Virus record (IMG/VR): IMGVR_UViG_3300045988_173323 | Reading direction: 5' to 3' (one strand) | DNA: 60,087 bases | Source: a virus | Shown here: in pieces, positions 1-5,880 of the stretch | Layout of the letters: the number at the start of each line of letters is the position of its first letter | Position numbering within the stretch: position 1 is the stretch's first letter | The notes under the pieces: generated by a model | What the model was told of the DNA's origin: nothing | Databases searched by the model: none | The model's input: the letters and a program-made list of their open reading frames with translations, nothing else | Program-made: the position numbers and the translations under genes

Positions 1-55
1 AACTTGTTACAATGGTATTATATCGCACCTTAGCTTAAAAGTCAAGCATTTTCGT

Positions 56-235
56 TTATTTTTTAAAATCTTTTAACTGCTGGTTTGTAGACAACTCTTT
101 AATTTTATATTTATGTAATCTGTTGTTTAAACAATAAATGCATGAACCATGGTTTCTGCACTGCATTGATATTGCTTTTGCTTTGCGGTATTCTTTTCTA
201 TGCTCTTTACCACTTTTAATTGCTTTGTCCATCAT
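56..235 (-). CDS. small Cys/His-rich protein (59 aa), absent from ORF track
   Basis: Manual translation of the minus strand gives MMDKAIKSGKEHRKEYRKAKAISMQCRNHGSCIYCLNNRLHKYKIKELSTNQQLKDFKK. An RBS (AGGTGG) lies 6 nt upstream. It sits directly downstream of the nucleotidase gene in the same operon. The C-x5-C-x2-C pattern suggests a small zinc-binding protein. Confidence 0.35.
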   Translation of the reverse strand: MMDKAIKSGKEHRKEYRKAKAISMQCRNHGSCIYCLNNRLHKYKIKELSTNQQLKDFKK

Positions 236-252
236 GTTTAACCACCTACTTT

Positions 253-726
253 CTATAAGAAATTTTTTAATACTTCCATGATATTGTTTACATCAAAACT
301 ATTTTTGCCCCACTCTTTTCTATTGCGTTCCTCGTCATCAAAAAGCCATCCCTTACAATCAACGACAGTACTTTTTGGTGTACCATAGTTTACAATTTTG
401 ATTTCATCCCATTCAATACTAGGCAAGTGTTTTTCAAGCCATGCAAGTTTTACACTTGTTACCGCCGTATTATAAGAAGCTGACCCGCTTTTACTTAACC
501 AGCTTACAATACCGATTCTATAGCCATTAGCTTGTAACTTGTGAAGCACTCTTGCGAAAGCTGAAAAATTGAAAAGCGGTTTTGCTACTTTGTATGGTGT
601 AGTATCTTCTTTTTCCAAATATGCTAACCAGTTTTCCACGCCGTAGAAATTAGCAAGTGTGCCGTCCATGTCAAAATAAATAGTTCCCTTTGTGTTCATC
701 ATTTCTTTAATTGTATTATTCATCAT
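253..726 (-). CDS. HAD-superfamily 5'(3')-deoxyribonucleotidase-like phosphatase
   Basis: The N-terminal FDMDGTLANF matches the DxDGT(L/V) HAD motif I of NT5C-type deoxyribonucleotidases. The size (157 aa) fits. The track start at 738 is a TTG; ATG-ATG at 724-726 with a GGGAAGGA RBS is more likely. Confidence 0.55.
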   Translation of the reverse strand: MMNNTIKEMMNTKGTIYFDMDGTLANFYGVENWLAYLEKEDTTPYKVAKPLFNFSAFARVLHKLQANGYRIGIVSWLSKSGSASYNTAVTSVKLAWLEKHLPSIEWDEIKIVNYGTPKSTVVDCKGWLFDDEERNRKEWGKNSFDVNNIMEVLKNFL

Positions 727-844
727 AATATCTACCAATCCTTCCCTTTTTGATTATCGCAAGTGCTTTGCGATTGACCGACCAATGATTATGTGAACCT
801 TGCTTTGTTTCTGTTTTTTAAGTTTAATGTCCTTCGACAAGTAT

Positions 845-873
845 ATATTACTACATCTTAGCGAAAAAGTCAA
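845..873 (-). promoter_or_regulatory. sigma70-like promoter (TTGACT-17-TAATAT) for the leftward nucleotidase operon
   Basis: Minus-strand reading: TTGACT, a 17-bp spacer, then TAATAT. It lies about 100 nt upstream of the ATG at 726. Confidence 0.4.
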
Positions 874-1170
874 ATTTATTTTTTATTGTGCAAAGTGATG
901 AAAATTTTACATAAAAATCATAGTATTTTTGTTAAAATGTACAAATGTAGAAAAATAATGCGGATTTAGGCAGATTTTTGTGCATTTTGCTATCTTAAAT
1001 ATCACATATTGTGTTTCTGCGTGTCAAAAAAGGTATGATTTTTTATTAAAATTTCGTCACTTTGCACAAGGTGTAGAAAATCTTAGCATTATTTTATTAA
1101 ATTTTGTACATTTTGTACACCATGTCAAAAAATGGGATTTTTTTAATTTATTTTTTGTGCAAATTGCCTA

Positions 1171-1200
1171 TTGACAAAAAGGTGCTAGATGTGGTATAAT
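1171..1200 (+). promoter_or_regulatory. near-consensus sigma70 promoter with extended -10 (TTGACA-17-TGgTATAAT), rightward
   Basis: TTGACA at 1171-1176 and TGGTATAAT at 1192-1200. No plus-strand CDS follows; the transcript would start about 1207 inside a GC hairpin. Confidence 0.55.
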
Positions 1201-1205
1201 AAAAT

Positions 1206-1227
1206 TTCGGGGTGCCCCGACCCCGAA
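1206..1227. other. GC-rich hairpin (TTCGGGG-N8-CCCCGAA) between two face-to-face promoters
   Basis: A 7-bp perfect stem with an 8-nt loop; locally >70% GC in a ~28% GC genome. It lies at +1 of the rightward promoter and about +12 to +33 of the leftward promoter. Confidence 0.5.
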
Positions 1228-1245
1228 CGGAATTCGTCTACTTCC

Positions 1246-1274
1246 ATTATAGCATACTCGAGCCACCTTGTCAA
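1246..1274 (-). promoter_or_regulatory. consensus sigma70 promoter (TTGACA-17-TATAAT), leftward, convergent with promoter 1171-1200
   Basis: Minus-strand reading: TTGACA (RC of 1269-1274), a 17-bp spacer, TATAAT (RC of 1246-1251). The -35 lies in the left arm of the 28-bp inverted repeat. Confidence 0.55.
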
Positions 1275-1339
1275 GAGAAAAAATGCACAAATTTTAGGAT
1301 AAAAATTTTGAAAAATTTGTGCATTTTTTCTCTTGACAA
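1268..1339. repeat. 28-bp perfect inverted repeat (TTGTCAAGAGAAAAAATGCACAAATTTT / reverse complement) separated by 16 bp
   Basis: Arms are at 1268-1295 and 1312-1339 and are exact reverse complements. Each arm carries a TTGACA -35 (of the divergent promoters) plus a TGCACAAA element. Confidence 0.9.
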
Positions 1340-1361
1340 AATGTCTCAACTATGCTATAAT
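1333..1361 (+). promoter_or_regulatory. consensus sigma70 promoter (TTGACA-17-TGcTATAAT), rightward, divergent from promoter 1246-1274
   Basis: TTGACA at 1333-1338 and TATAAT at 1356-1361 with TG at 1353-1354. The mirror arrangement matches the leftward promoter because of the inverted repeat. Confidence 0.55.
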
Positions 1362-1365
1362 GGAA

Positions 1366-1398
1366 GGCTCGGCTCGCATGGGCTGCTCGCGAGCCGGC
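1366..1398 (+). other. GC-rich structured leader (GGCTCGC...GCGAGCC; 10-bp palindrome GCTCGCGAGC) at +1 of the rightward promoter
   Basis: Seen directly in the sequence; about 75% GC over 33 nt. No ORF with an RBS follows. Confidence 0.4.
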
Positions 1399-1449
1399 TA
1401 TTATAACACATTTTCCGCGACTTGTCAACCCCTTTTAAAAAATTTTTTT

Positions 1450-1522
1450 ATTTTCGTCATTTTGCATAAAAATAAAATTCAGCATTTTGCACAAATTTTA
1501 TTTTCGTCATTTTGCATAAAAA
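1450..1522. repeat. two identical 23-bp direct repeats (ATTTTCGTCATTTTGCATAAAAA) exactly 50 bp apart
   Basis: Copies are at 1450-1472 and 1500-1522. A TTTTGCACA (DnaA-box-like) 9-mer lies between them at about 1486-1494. Confidence 0.85.
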
Positions 1523-1549
1523 AACAAAAGCCTAAATTATATAGGCTTT
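1514..1549 (-). terminator. rho-independent terminator ending the leftward early region
   Basis: A 7-bp stem AAAGCCT/AGGCTTT (1527-1549) is followed on the minus strand by a U-run (complement of A-rich 1516-1526). It lies 19 nt past the stop of CDS 1568-1774. Confidence 0.5.
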
Positions 1550-1567
1550 ATCATTACTCTTATTAAG

Positions 1568-1774
1568 TTATTTAGTATTACATTTACATTTTGCTTCTGT
1601 AATAATTTCTGTCTGATTAATTTCTGTATTGCTATTGTTATTAAAAAAATGGTCTGAGCCTTTTGCTAAAAAAACTATTATAGTTGCTAGAATCATTCCG
1701 ATTATAAGAAAACCAATTAGACCATTCAAATCTCTTCTAAATTCTTCATCTGTTGGGGCTTTTTCTTCTCTCAT
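1568..1774 (-). CDS. small membrane protein (68 aa, one central TM helix)
   Basis: ORF track entry; hydrophobic segment LIGFLIIGMILATIIVFLA. Confidence 0.5.
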   Translation of the reverse strand: MREEKAPTDEEFRRDLNGLIGFLIIGMILATIIVFLAKGSDHFFNNNSNTEINQTEIITEAKCKCNTK

Positions 1775-1820
1775 TTATTTTTTCCTTTTTTTAGAGTTGT
1801 GAGTTGTGAATTTCATGGAC

Positions 1821-2000
1821 TTAATTATTATTAAGTCCATGAAACTTTTTATTTTCTCGTTTCATTATTGTTTCATAAGCAATCTCTACTATTTCTTTTG
1901 AAATATTTTGATTTTCTGCTATTTTACAGAACATAATCACTGTATCATTTTCAAACCCTTTTACTTTAATTACATTATCCATCATCTCTGTTCTTGTCAT
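1821..2000 (-). CDS. small protein, paralog family A (59 aa from the MTRTEMMDNV start)
   Basis: The ORF track start at 2021 lies only about 5 nt from the predicted TSS. The ATG at 1998-2000 has an RBS (AAAGAGAGG) at correct spacing. It is paralogous to ORF 2160-2285. Confidence 0.5.
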   Translation of the reverse strand: MTRTEMMDNVIKVKGFENDTVIMFCKIAENQNISKEIVEIAYETIMKRENKKFHGLNNN

Positions 2001-2032
2001 TATTGCTTTCCTCTCTTTCATTTGATAATGTT

Positions 2033-2061
2033 ATTATACTATAAAGTCGGCTACTTGTCAA
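2033..2061 (-). promoter_or_regulatory. consensus sigma70 promoter (TTGACA-17-TATAAT), leftward, with conserved leader cassette
   Basis: Minus-strand reading: TTGACA (RC of 2056-2061), a 17-bp spacer, TATAAT (RC of 2033-2038). It is followed by the leader AACATTATCAAATGAAAGAGAGG, which is shared with the cassettes at 2921-2984 and 4366-4426. Confidence 0.55.
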
Positions 2062-2159
2062 CTACATTTTTTAAATGTTTAATTGCTTTTTCTCATTTTT
2101 ACTATCTTTTTCTTTTTTCTTTGTCGCATGAGTTTTTAAAACTCATGCGACTTTTACTA

Positions 2160-2285
2160 TTATTTTATTACTACTGCGTAAGCAAGTTCTACTGTTGTAT
2201 TTGAAACTTCACTTTCTGCTAATTTACAAAACCAGATTGTCAGTTCATCTTCAAAGCCTCTTGCTTTAATCACATTGTCCGTCAT
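2160..2285 (-). CDS. small protein, paralog family A (41 aa), absent from ORF track
   Basis: Manual translation gives MTDNVIKARGFEDELTIWFCKLAESEVSNTTVELAYAVVIK. It aligns with the core of the 1821-2000 product (MMDNVIKVKGFENDTVIMFCKIAENQNISKEIVEIAYETI). A TTGACA-17-TAATAT promoter lies upstream at about 2300-2330. Confidence 0.45.
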   Translation of the reverse strand: MTDNVIKARGFEDELTIWFCKLAESEVSNTTVELAYAVVIK

Positions 2286-2364
2286 TTCTTTTTTTACTGT
2301 TGTCTTTGACTGTTTTTATATTATCACAAAAGCTTGATTTTGTCAAGTTTTTGTGATATTTTTT

Positions 2365-2697
2365 TTACTTTTTTTGTTTAAAATTACTATGTAATTCAAT
2401 TACTTTACCGCAGTTGTCACAAGTCCAATAGTAAATTGTTCCGACATTTTTTATATAGTCTGCGTTTGCAAATCTCCATTTATTTCCGCACTCTACACAG
2501 TAGCCATTGTTCCAATTTACTTTATCGGATGATTGTTCAATTTTAATTAGCCATGTAAAAGTGCATCCTATTAAAAGAGCTAAGATAATGCCAATTACTG
2601 TTTTAATGATTCGATTTCCATTTTCATAAAAGATGTTTACCATAAATCCGCCAACGAATATTGTCATAAGAATCGTTACTAAAATTGTTCTAATCAT
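2365..2697 (-). CDS. membrane-anchored zinc-ribbon protein (110 aa)
   Basis: Two N-terminal hydrophobic helices, then C-x2-C ... C-x2-C (CVECGNKW...CDNCGKV). An RBS (GAAGGAA) lies upstream. Confidence 0.5.
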   Translation of the reverse strand: MIRTILVTILMTIFVGGFMVNIFYENGNRIIKTVIGIILALLIGCTFTWLIKIEQSSDKVNWNNGYCVECGNKWRFANADYIKNVGTIYYWTCDNCGKVIELHSNFKQKK

Positions 2698-2720
2698 TTT
2701 TTAATTCCTTCTTTCTTTAT

Positions 2721-2921
2721 TTATTTATTATTACTATCTCTCTTAACTATATTTATAATATCACATTTTTCGGTTTTTGTCAAGCCTTTTTCCTCTTTTA
2801 AAATTCTATTGATTTGGTTTTTAATATCCTTCAAATCTTCAAGACTGCAATAAACTTTATCACCCCAACCGCCTTTAATTGTATAAGGATAACTCTTATC
2901 ATCACTTTTTTCTACTGTCAT
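2721..2921 (-). CDS. hypothetical protein (66 aa from the MTVEKSDD start)
   Basis: The track start at 2984 lies inside the -35 of its own promoter. The ATG at 2919-2921 has a GAGAGAGG RBS and the conserved leader. Confidence 0.5.
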   Translation of the reverse strand: MTVEKSDDKSYPYTIKGGWGDKVYCSLEDLKDIKNQINRILKEEKGLTKTEKCDIINIVKRDSNNK

Positions 2922-2955
2922 TTTTATCAACCTCTCTCTTTCATTTGATAATGTT

Positions 2956-2984
2956 ATTATACTATAGGTCTTAACAAAAGTCAA
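2956..2984 (-). promoter_or_regulatory. consensus sigma70 promoter (TTGACT-17-TATAAT), leftward, with conserved leader cassette
   Basis: Minus-strand reading: TTGACT, a 17-bp spacer, TATAAT. The -35 is embedded in the imperfect palindrome AGGTCTTGAC-TTTT-GTTAAGACCT. Confidence 0.55.
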
Positions 2985-3002
2985 GACCTATTTTATTTTT
3001 TC

Positions 3003-3404
3003 TCAAATTTTTGTTATTCCTCTGTCTTTCAAATATTCACAAAAACTATCAGAGTCAAGCATTTTCGCAATGTCTTTCATTGAAACGTTCATTTTGTTAT
3101 ACACACAACGTACTTCAATAGGTTTAAATTTTTTTTCTGTAATAGCTGTTGATAAAGAATCTTCTACATTGCTTAATCGAACAACTCTTTTTTTAAAGAA
3201 ATTTTTTGAAATTTCAGCATTTATAAATAAACCTTTTTCAACTAAATTAATCAGTTCGTCAAAAGTGTTGATTGTAAAGTTCCTTGTCTTTGCTTCTGCT
3301 TCTTCTGGGGTAAGGTATCTTACGTGTTCCCAGATACTTGTATCAACAAAGTTTTTTCGACCCTCTATTCTGTACTTGAATCTATAATCATAAACTTCTT
3401 TCAT
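3003..3404 (-). CDS. hypothetical protein (133 aa from the MKEVYDYRF start)
   Basis: ORF track entry. The track start is a TTG; the ATG at 3402-3404 is preceded by AGAAAGAGG. Confidence 0.5.
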   Translation of the reverse strand: MKEVYDYRFKYRIEGRKNFVDTSIWEHVRYLTPEEAEAKTRNFTINTFDELINLVEKGLFINAEISKNFFKKRVVRLSNVEDSLSTAITEKKFKPIEVRCVYNKMNVSMKDIAKMLDSDSFCEYLKDRGITKI

Positions 3405-3437
3405 TTTTATCAACCTCTTTCTTTATTTTCTATATTT

Positions 3438-3466
3438 ATTATACAGTATCTATTGACTTTTGTCAA
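3438..3466 (-). promoter_or_regulatory. consensus sigma70 promoter (TTGACA-17-TATAAT), leftward
   Basis: Minus-strand reading: TTGACA (RC of 3461-3466), a 17-bp spacer, TATAAT (RC of 3438-3443). The flank has the same AAAATAGGTCTTGAC upstream element as the promoter at 2956-2984. Confidence 0.5.
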
Positions 3467-3481
3467 GACCTATTTTATTTT

Positions 3482-3742
3482 TTATTTTGGAAGGATAACC
3501 TCAGCTTCGACAGGTACTACTTTCTCAGATGCCATAAAAGCTTTCATATATCCCGTAGCAAGATTAACCGCAATGAATCTACCTTTTTGTCTTTCCAAGA
3601 AAAAACCGCTATTCCTATCAATAATCATGTACAACCCGATTTCATCAATACCACCTCTTTGACTAATACTGAAAAAAGTTTTTCCTATTGTCAAGTCATT
3701 GATGCAAATTTCTGTTGCTTTTTTATCATAGTTGATTTTCAT
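3482..3742 (-). CDS. hypothetical protein (86 aa)
   Basis: ORF track entry; an AGAGAGG RBS lies 8 nt upstream. Confidence 0.5.
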   Translation of the reverse strand: MKINYDKKATEICINDLTIGKTFFSISQRGGIDEIGLYMIIDRNSGFFLERQKGRFIAVNLATGYMKAFMASEKVVPVEAEVILPK

Positions 3743-3760
3743 TTTAATTACCTCTCTTTC

Positions 3761-3943
3761 TTATTTAATTTCTTTAAAGATACTTTCATCTGTGGCATTA
3801 CATAACTTATTATTTACGTTATACTTAGCATAAAGCCACTTTTTACAATCCCATTTTAGCGGACAATGATAACAAGTTGTAGTAAAAGCCGTGGTTTCCA
3901 TCGGAATTGCAAGAAATATCTTTTTAAGTTTTTTAGTTATCAT
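3761..3943 (-). CDS. small Cys-rich protein (60 aa; CYHCPLKWDCKKW)
   Basis: ORF track entry; an AAGGAGGAG RBS lies upstream. Confidence 0.45.
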   Translation of the reverse strand: MITKKLKKIFLAIPMETTAFTTTCYHCPLKWDCKKWLYAKYNVNNKLCNATDESIFKEIK

Positions 3944-3976
3944 ATTATTTTTTTCTCCTTCCTTTTAACTATCTTT

Positions 3977-4005
3977 ATAATACCATATTAAAATTATTTT
4001 GTCAA
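3977..4005 (-). promoter_or_regulatory. sigma70-like promoter (TTGACA-17-TATTAT), leftward
   Basis: Minus-strand reading: TTGACA (RC of 4000-4005), then a -10 with 5 of 6 matches. Confidence 0.35.
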
Positions 4006-4084
4006 TCCCCTTTTATAAAAAATTATAAAAAAGGAAGATTTTTTATCTTCCTTTTACTTTTGTTTTATTCTTGTTTTTTTATTT

Positions 4085-4231
4085 TTATCTTAATAATCTT
4101 AATAAATAGTTATTTTCATGCTCTTTCAAAAAAGCGTTAATTTCTTCTATTGTTTCAGCGTAAATCTCGCCTGTCTCAGTGTCTACAAGCATCAATTTTT
4201 TACTTCCTAAAAATAATCCTAAATCTAACAT
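4085..4231 (-). CDS. small protein (48 aa), absent from ORF track
   Basis: Manual translation gives MLDLGLFLGSKKLMLVDTETGEIYAETIEEINAFLKEHENNYLLRLLR; an RBS (AATGGAGGG) lies upstream. Confidence 0.35.
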   Translation of the reverse strand: MLDLGLFLGSKKLMLVDTETGEIYAETIEEINAFLKEHENNYLLRLLR

Positions 4232-4245
4232 ATTTAAGCCCTCCA

Positions 4246-4365
4246 TTAAGAAATTTTTACCAGATAACCGTTTGTATTTTTTTCTACTGAAAAAATGTAT
4301 TGATTATCTTTTAAGTATTTTTTTACAGTTTCAAATGCTTTTCGAGTTGTCAGTAACATTGTCAT
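4246..4365 (-). CDS. small protein (39 aa), absent from ORF track
   Basis: Manual translation gives MTMLLTTRKAFETVKKYLKDNQYIFSVEKNTNGYLVKIS. It is preceded by the conserved leader cassette (AAATGAAAGAGAGG). Confidence 0.35.
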   Translation of the reverse strand: MTMLLTTRKAFETVKKYLKDNQYIFSVEKNTNGYLVKIS

Positions 4366-4397
4366 ATCCCTTTACCTCTCTTTCATTTGATAATACT

Positions 4398-4426
4398 ATG
4401 ATACTATATTTCTTTGCTTTTGTCAA
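4398..4426 (-). promoter_or_regulatory. sigma70 promoter (TTGACA-17-TATCAT), leftward, with conserved leader cassette
   Basis: Third copy of the module ...TAT(A/C)ATAGTATTATCAAATGAAAGAGAGG. Confidence 0.5.
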
Positions 4427-4543
4427 GCATTTTAGGAAAATTTTCTAAAGATTTTTTTATGCGGATTTCCGCTGGAAAAACCTGAACTTAAGGAGATTAT
4501 AGGCGAACCGACTCCAGAACTATCAAGTTCGGGAGTCCCTTTT

Positions 4544-4720
4544 TTATTTAAGGAATGATTCTAAAGCCTTGTAGCATAAATCAGCGTTTTCTTTATCTTT
4601 TATGCTAGTACCTTTAGAAAAGTCATTCATAGCGGCTGTCAGTAGTTCTGGTACTGAAATAAATTCAAATTCAAATACCAACTGTAAAGCCGCCAATTCA
4701 TTAAGATTGACTTTTTTCAT
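4544..4720 (-). CDS. small protein (58 aa), absent from ORF track
   Basis: Manual translation gives MKKVNLNELAALQLVFEFEFISVPELLTAAMNDFSKGTSIKDKENADLCYKALESFLK; an RBS (GGAGATAAG) lies upstream. Confidence 0.4.
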   Translation of the reverse strand: MKKVNLNELAALQLVFEFEFISVPELLTAAMNDFSKGTSIKDKENADLCYKALESFLK

Positions 4721-4769
4721 CGGTTCTTTCTTATCTCCTTTTTAAATATTTTATTTTCTTTACATTATT

Positions 4770-4798
4770 ATTATATCAAATTTTTTAATAAAAATCAA
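4770..4798 (-). promoter_or_regulatory. sigma70-like promoter (TTGATT-17-TATAAT), leftward
   Basis: Seen on the minus strand upstream of ORF 4544-4720. Confidence 0.4.
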
Positions 4799-4814
4799 AA
4801 AAGATACTTTATCT

Positions 4815-4854
4815 AAACAAGCAAAGAAAAGGGCTGAACTTATTCCGCCCTTTT
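4815..4854 (-). terminator. putative rho-independent terminator after the lipoprotein-like gene
   Basis: A 7-bp stem AAAGGGC/GCCCTTT with a 12-nt loop, followed by a U-rich tract on the minus strand. Confidence 0.35.
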
Positions 4855-4866
4855 CCCGCTTCCCCG

Positions 4867-5133
4867 CTATCCTATTATCTCTGCATTTGTAATAATATCA
4901 TCTGTCACGTTGTCAGTCCCTAAAGAATCCATGTATAATTTAACTCTATCTTTTGCTTTAAAACCGTCTCCATAGAAACTCCAAACATGTCCGTAGCTAT
5001 CCATAACCACCACCTCATCATTAAAAGAGCTAATCACTTTAGCTTCTCTTGTATACTTAGTAAAGCTACCAAAACCGCAAATACTACTTAAAACTGCACT
5101 TACTGCTAATCCTAAAATCACCTTTTTCATCAT
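4867..5133 (-). CDS. secreted or lipoprotein-like small protein (88 aa from the MMKKVILG start)
   Basis: An N-terminal signal-peptide-like segment ends ...AVLSSICGF, a possible lipobox Cys. The track start is a TTG; ATG-ATG is preceded by AGAAAGAGG. Confidence 0.5.
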   Translation of the reverse strand: MMKKVILGLAVSAVLSSICGFGSFTKYTREAKVISSFNDEVVVMDSYGHVWSFYGDGFKAKDRVKLYMDSLGTDNVTDDIITNAEIIG

Positions 5134-5135
5134 AT

Positions 5136-5414
5136 CTAACTCCAACCTCTTTCTTTCTTAATCTTTTCGTATCTTTCTTTTGCTTCTTTTTCAATCTTCT
5201 TTTTGTCATACATTCTAATTTTCATTCTAGTATATCCGTCTCTTTTTAAACACCAACGTTCTGTTTTACGTTGTACTACTATTTTATCAATAGCTCTTTG
5301 CTGTACCTCTTGCTTATGAGTGTTGTAATATTTGATACTCTCAATTTCTAATAAAGTACTTATTGGTCTGTACTTATTGGTTACACTAAACAAAGTGCAT
5401 TGAATTGTTATCAT
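5136..5414 (-). CDS. basic (K/R-rich) hypothetical protein (92 aa), possibly nucleic-acid binding
   Basis: ORF track entry. An AGAGAGGTGA RBS lies upstream. It is the first gene after the promoter at 5443-5471. Confidence 0.5.
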   Translation of the reverse strand: MITIQCTLFSVTNKYRPISTLLEIESIKYYNTHKQEVQQRAIDKIVVQRKTERWCLKRDGYTRMKIRMYDKKKIEKEAKERYEKIKKERGWS

Positions 5415-5442
5415 CTTCTTATCACCTCTCTTTTCAAGTATT

Positions 5443-5471
5443 ATTATACTACCTTATTATACCATTGTCAA
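5443..5471 (-). promoter_or_regulatory. consensus sigma70 promoter (TTGACA-17-TATAAT), leftward, first promoter of the early region
   Basis: Minus-strand reading: TTGACA (RC of 5466-5471), a 17-bp spacer, TATAAT (RC of 5443-5448). Confidence 0.5.
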
Positions 5472-5489
5472 GCGTTTATTTATAGTATT

Positions 5490-5880
5490 TTTATTCGTCT
5501 TAATGCATATTTATTTATGTATATTTATTCACATTGCTAGTTAGCTTTACATATTTTATATTTATATCCTTTTATAAATTTTATAAATTAAATTATAAAA
5601 TAAAATATAATATATCAGTTATTGCATTGTTTTACTTAATATTTATTTAAGCATATCTTTCTTATTATACTATTATGTTATTCTATTATAACTATTATAA
5701 GACAAGAGTCTTACGTTGAATACACTATTATTATTATTGTAACACTTCTATAAAAGTAATTACATAATATAAAATATTATTATACTTATACTTTGTATGT
5801 ATTGTTATAGTATAATATTATTATACTGTTATTATTATTATTATTATTATCTTTCCTTTATCTTAAGCTTAATCTCTCAT
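5490..5880. repeat. about 390 bp of extreme AT-rich low-complexity non-coding DNA with an (ATT)7 microsatellite (5831-5850)
   Basis: Seen directly in the sequence. No ORF is present. A small palindrome TAAGAC-AAGA-GTCTTA lies at about 5698-5713. Confidence 0.6.

Noticed and set aside
980-1566. Plus-strand ORFs 980-1174, 1212-1406 and 1333-1566 from the six-frame track
   Set aside because: They lie inside the promoter/inverted-repeat control region and have no RBS. ORF 1212-1406 would start 5 nt after the predicted TSS. Their sequences are dominated by the palindromes. They are treated as non-coding.
1908-3805. Plus-strand ORFs 1908-2204, 3070-3387, 3324-3662 and 3587-3805
   Set aside because: They are antisense to RBS-supported minus-strand genes, low-complexity (F/L/I/Y-rich, from the AT-rich antisense strand), and lack an RBS.
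4440-4545. GC-rich ~100-nt patch (gcggatttccgc ... cgaaccgactccagaactatcaagttcgggagtccc) considered as a tRNA or small RNA
   Set aside because: No cloverleaf could be drawn: there is no 7-bp acceptor stem and no GTTCRANYC-type T-arm. Only short hairpins with large loops form. It is kept only as an example of the GCGGA-rich structured spacers.
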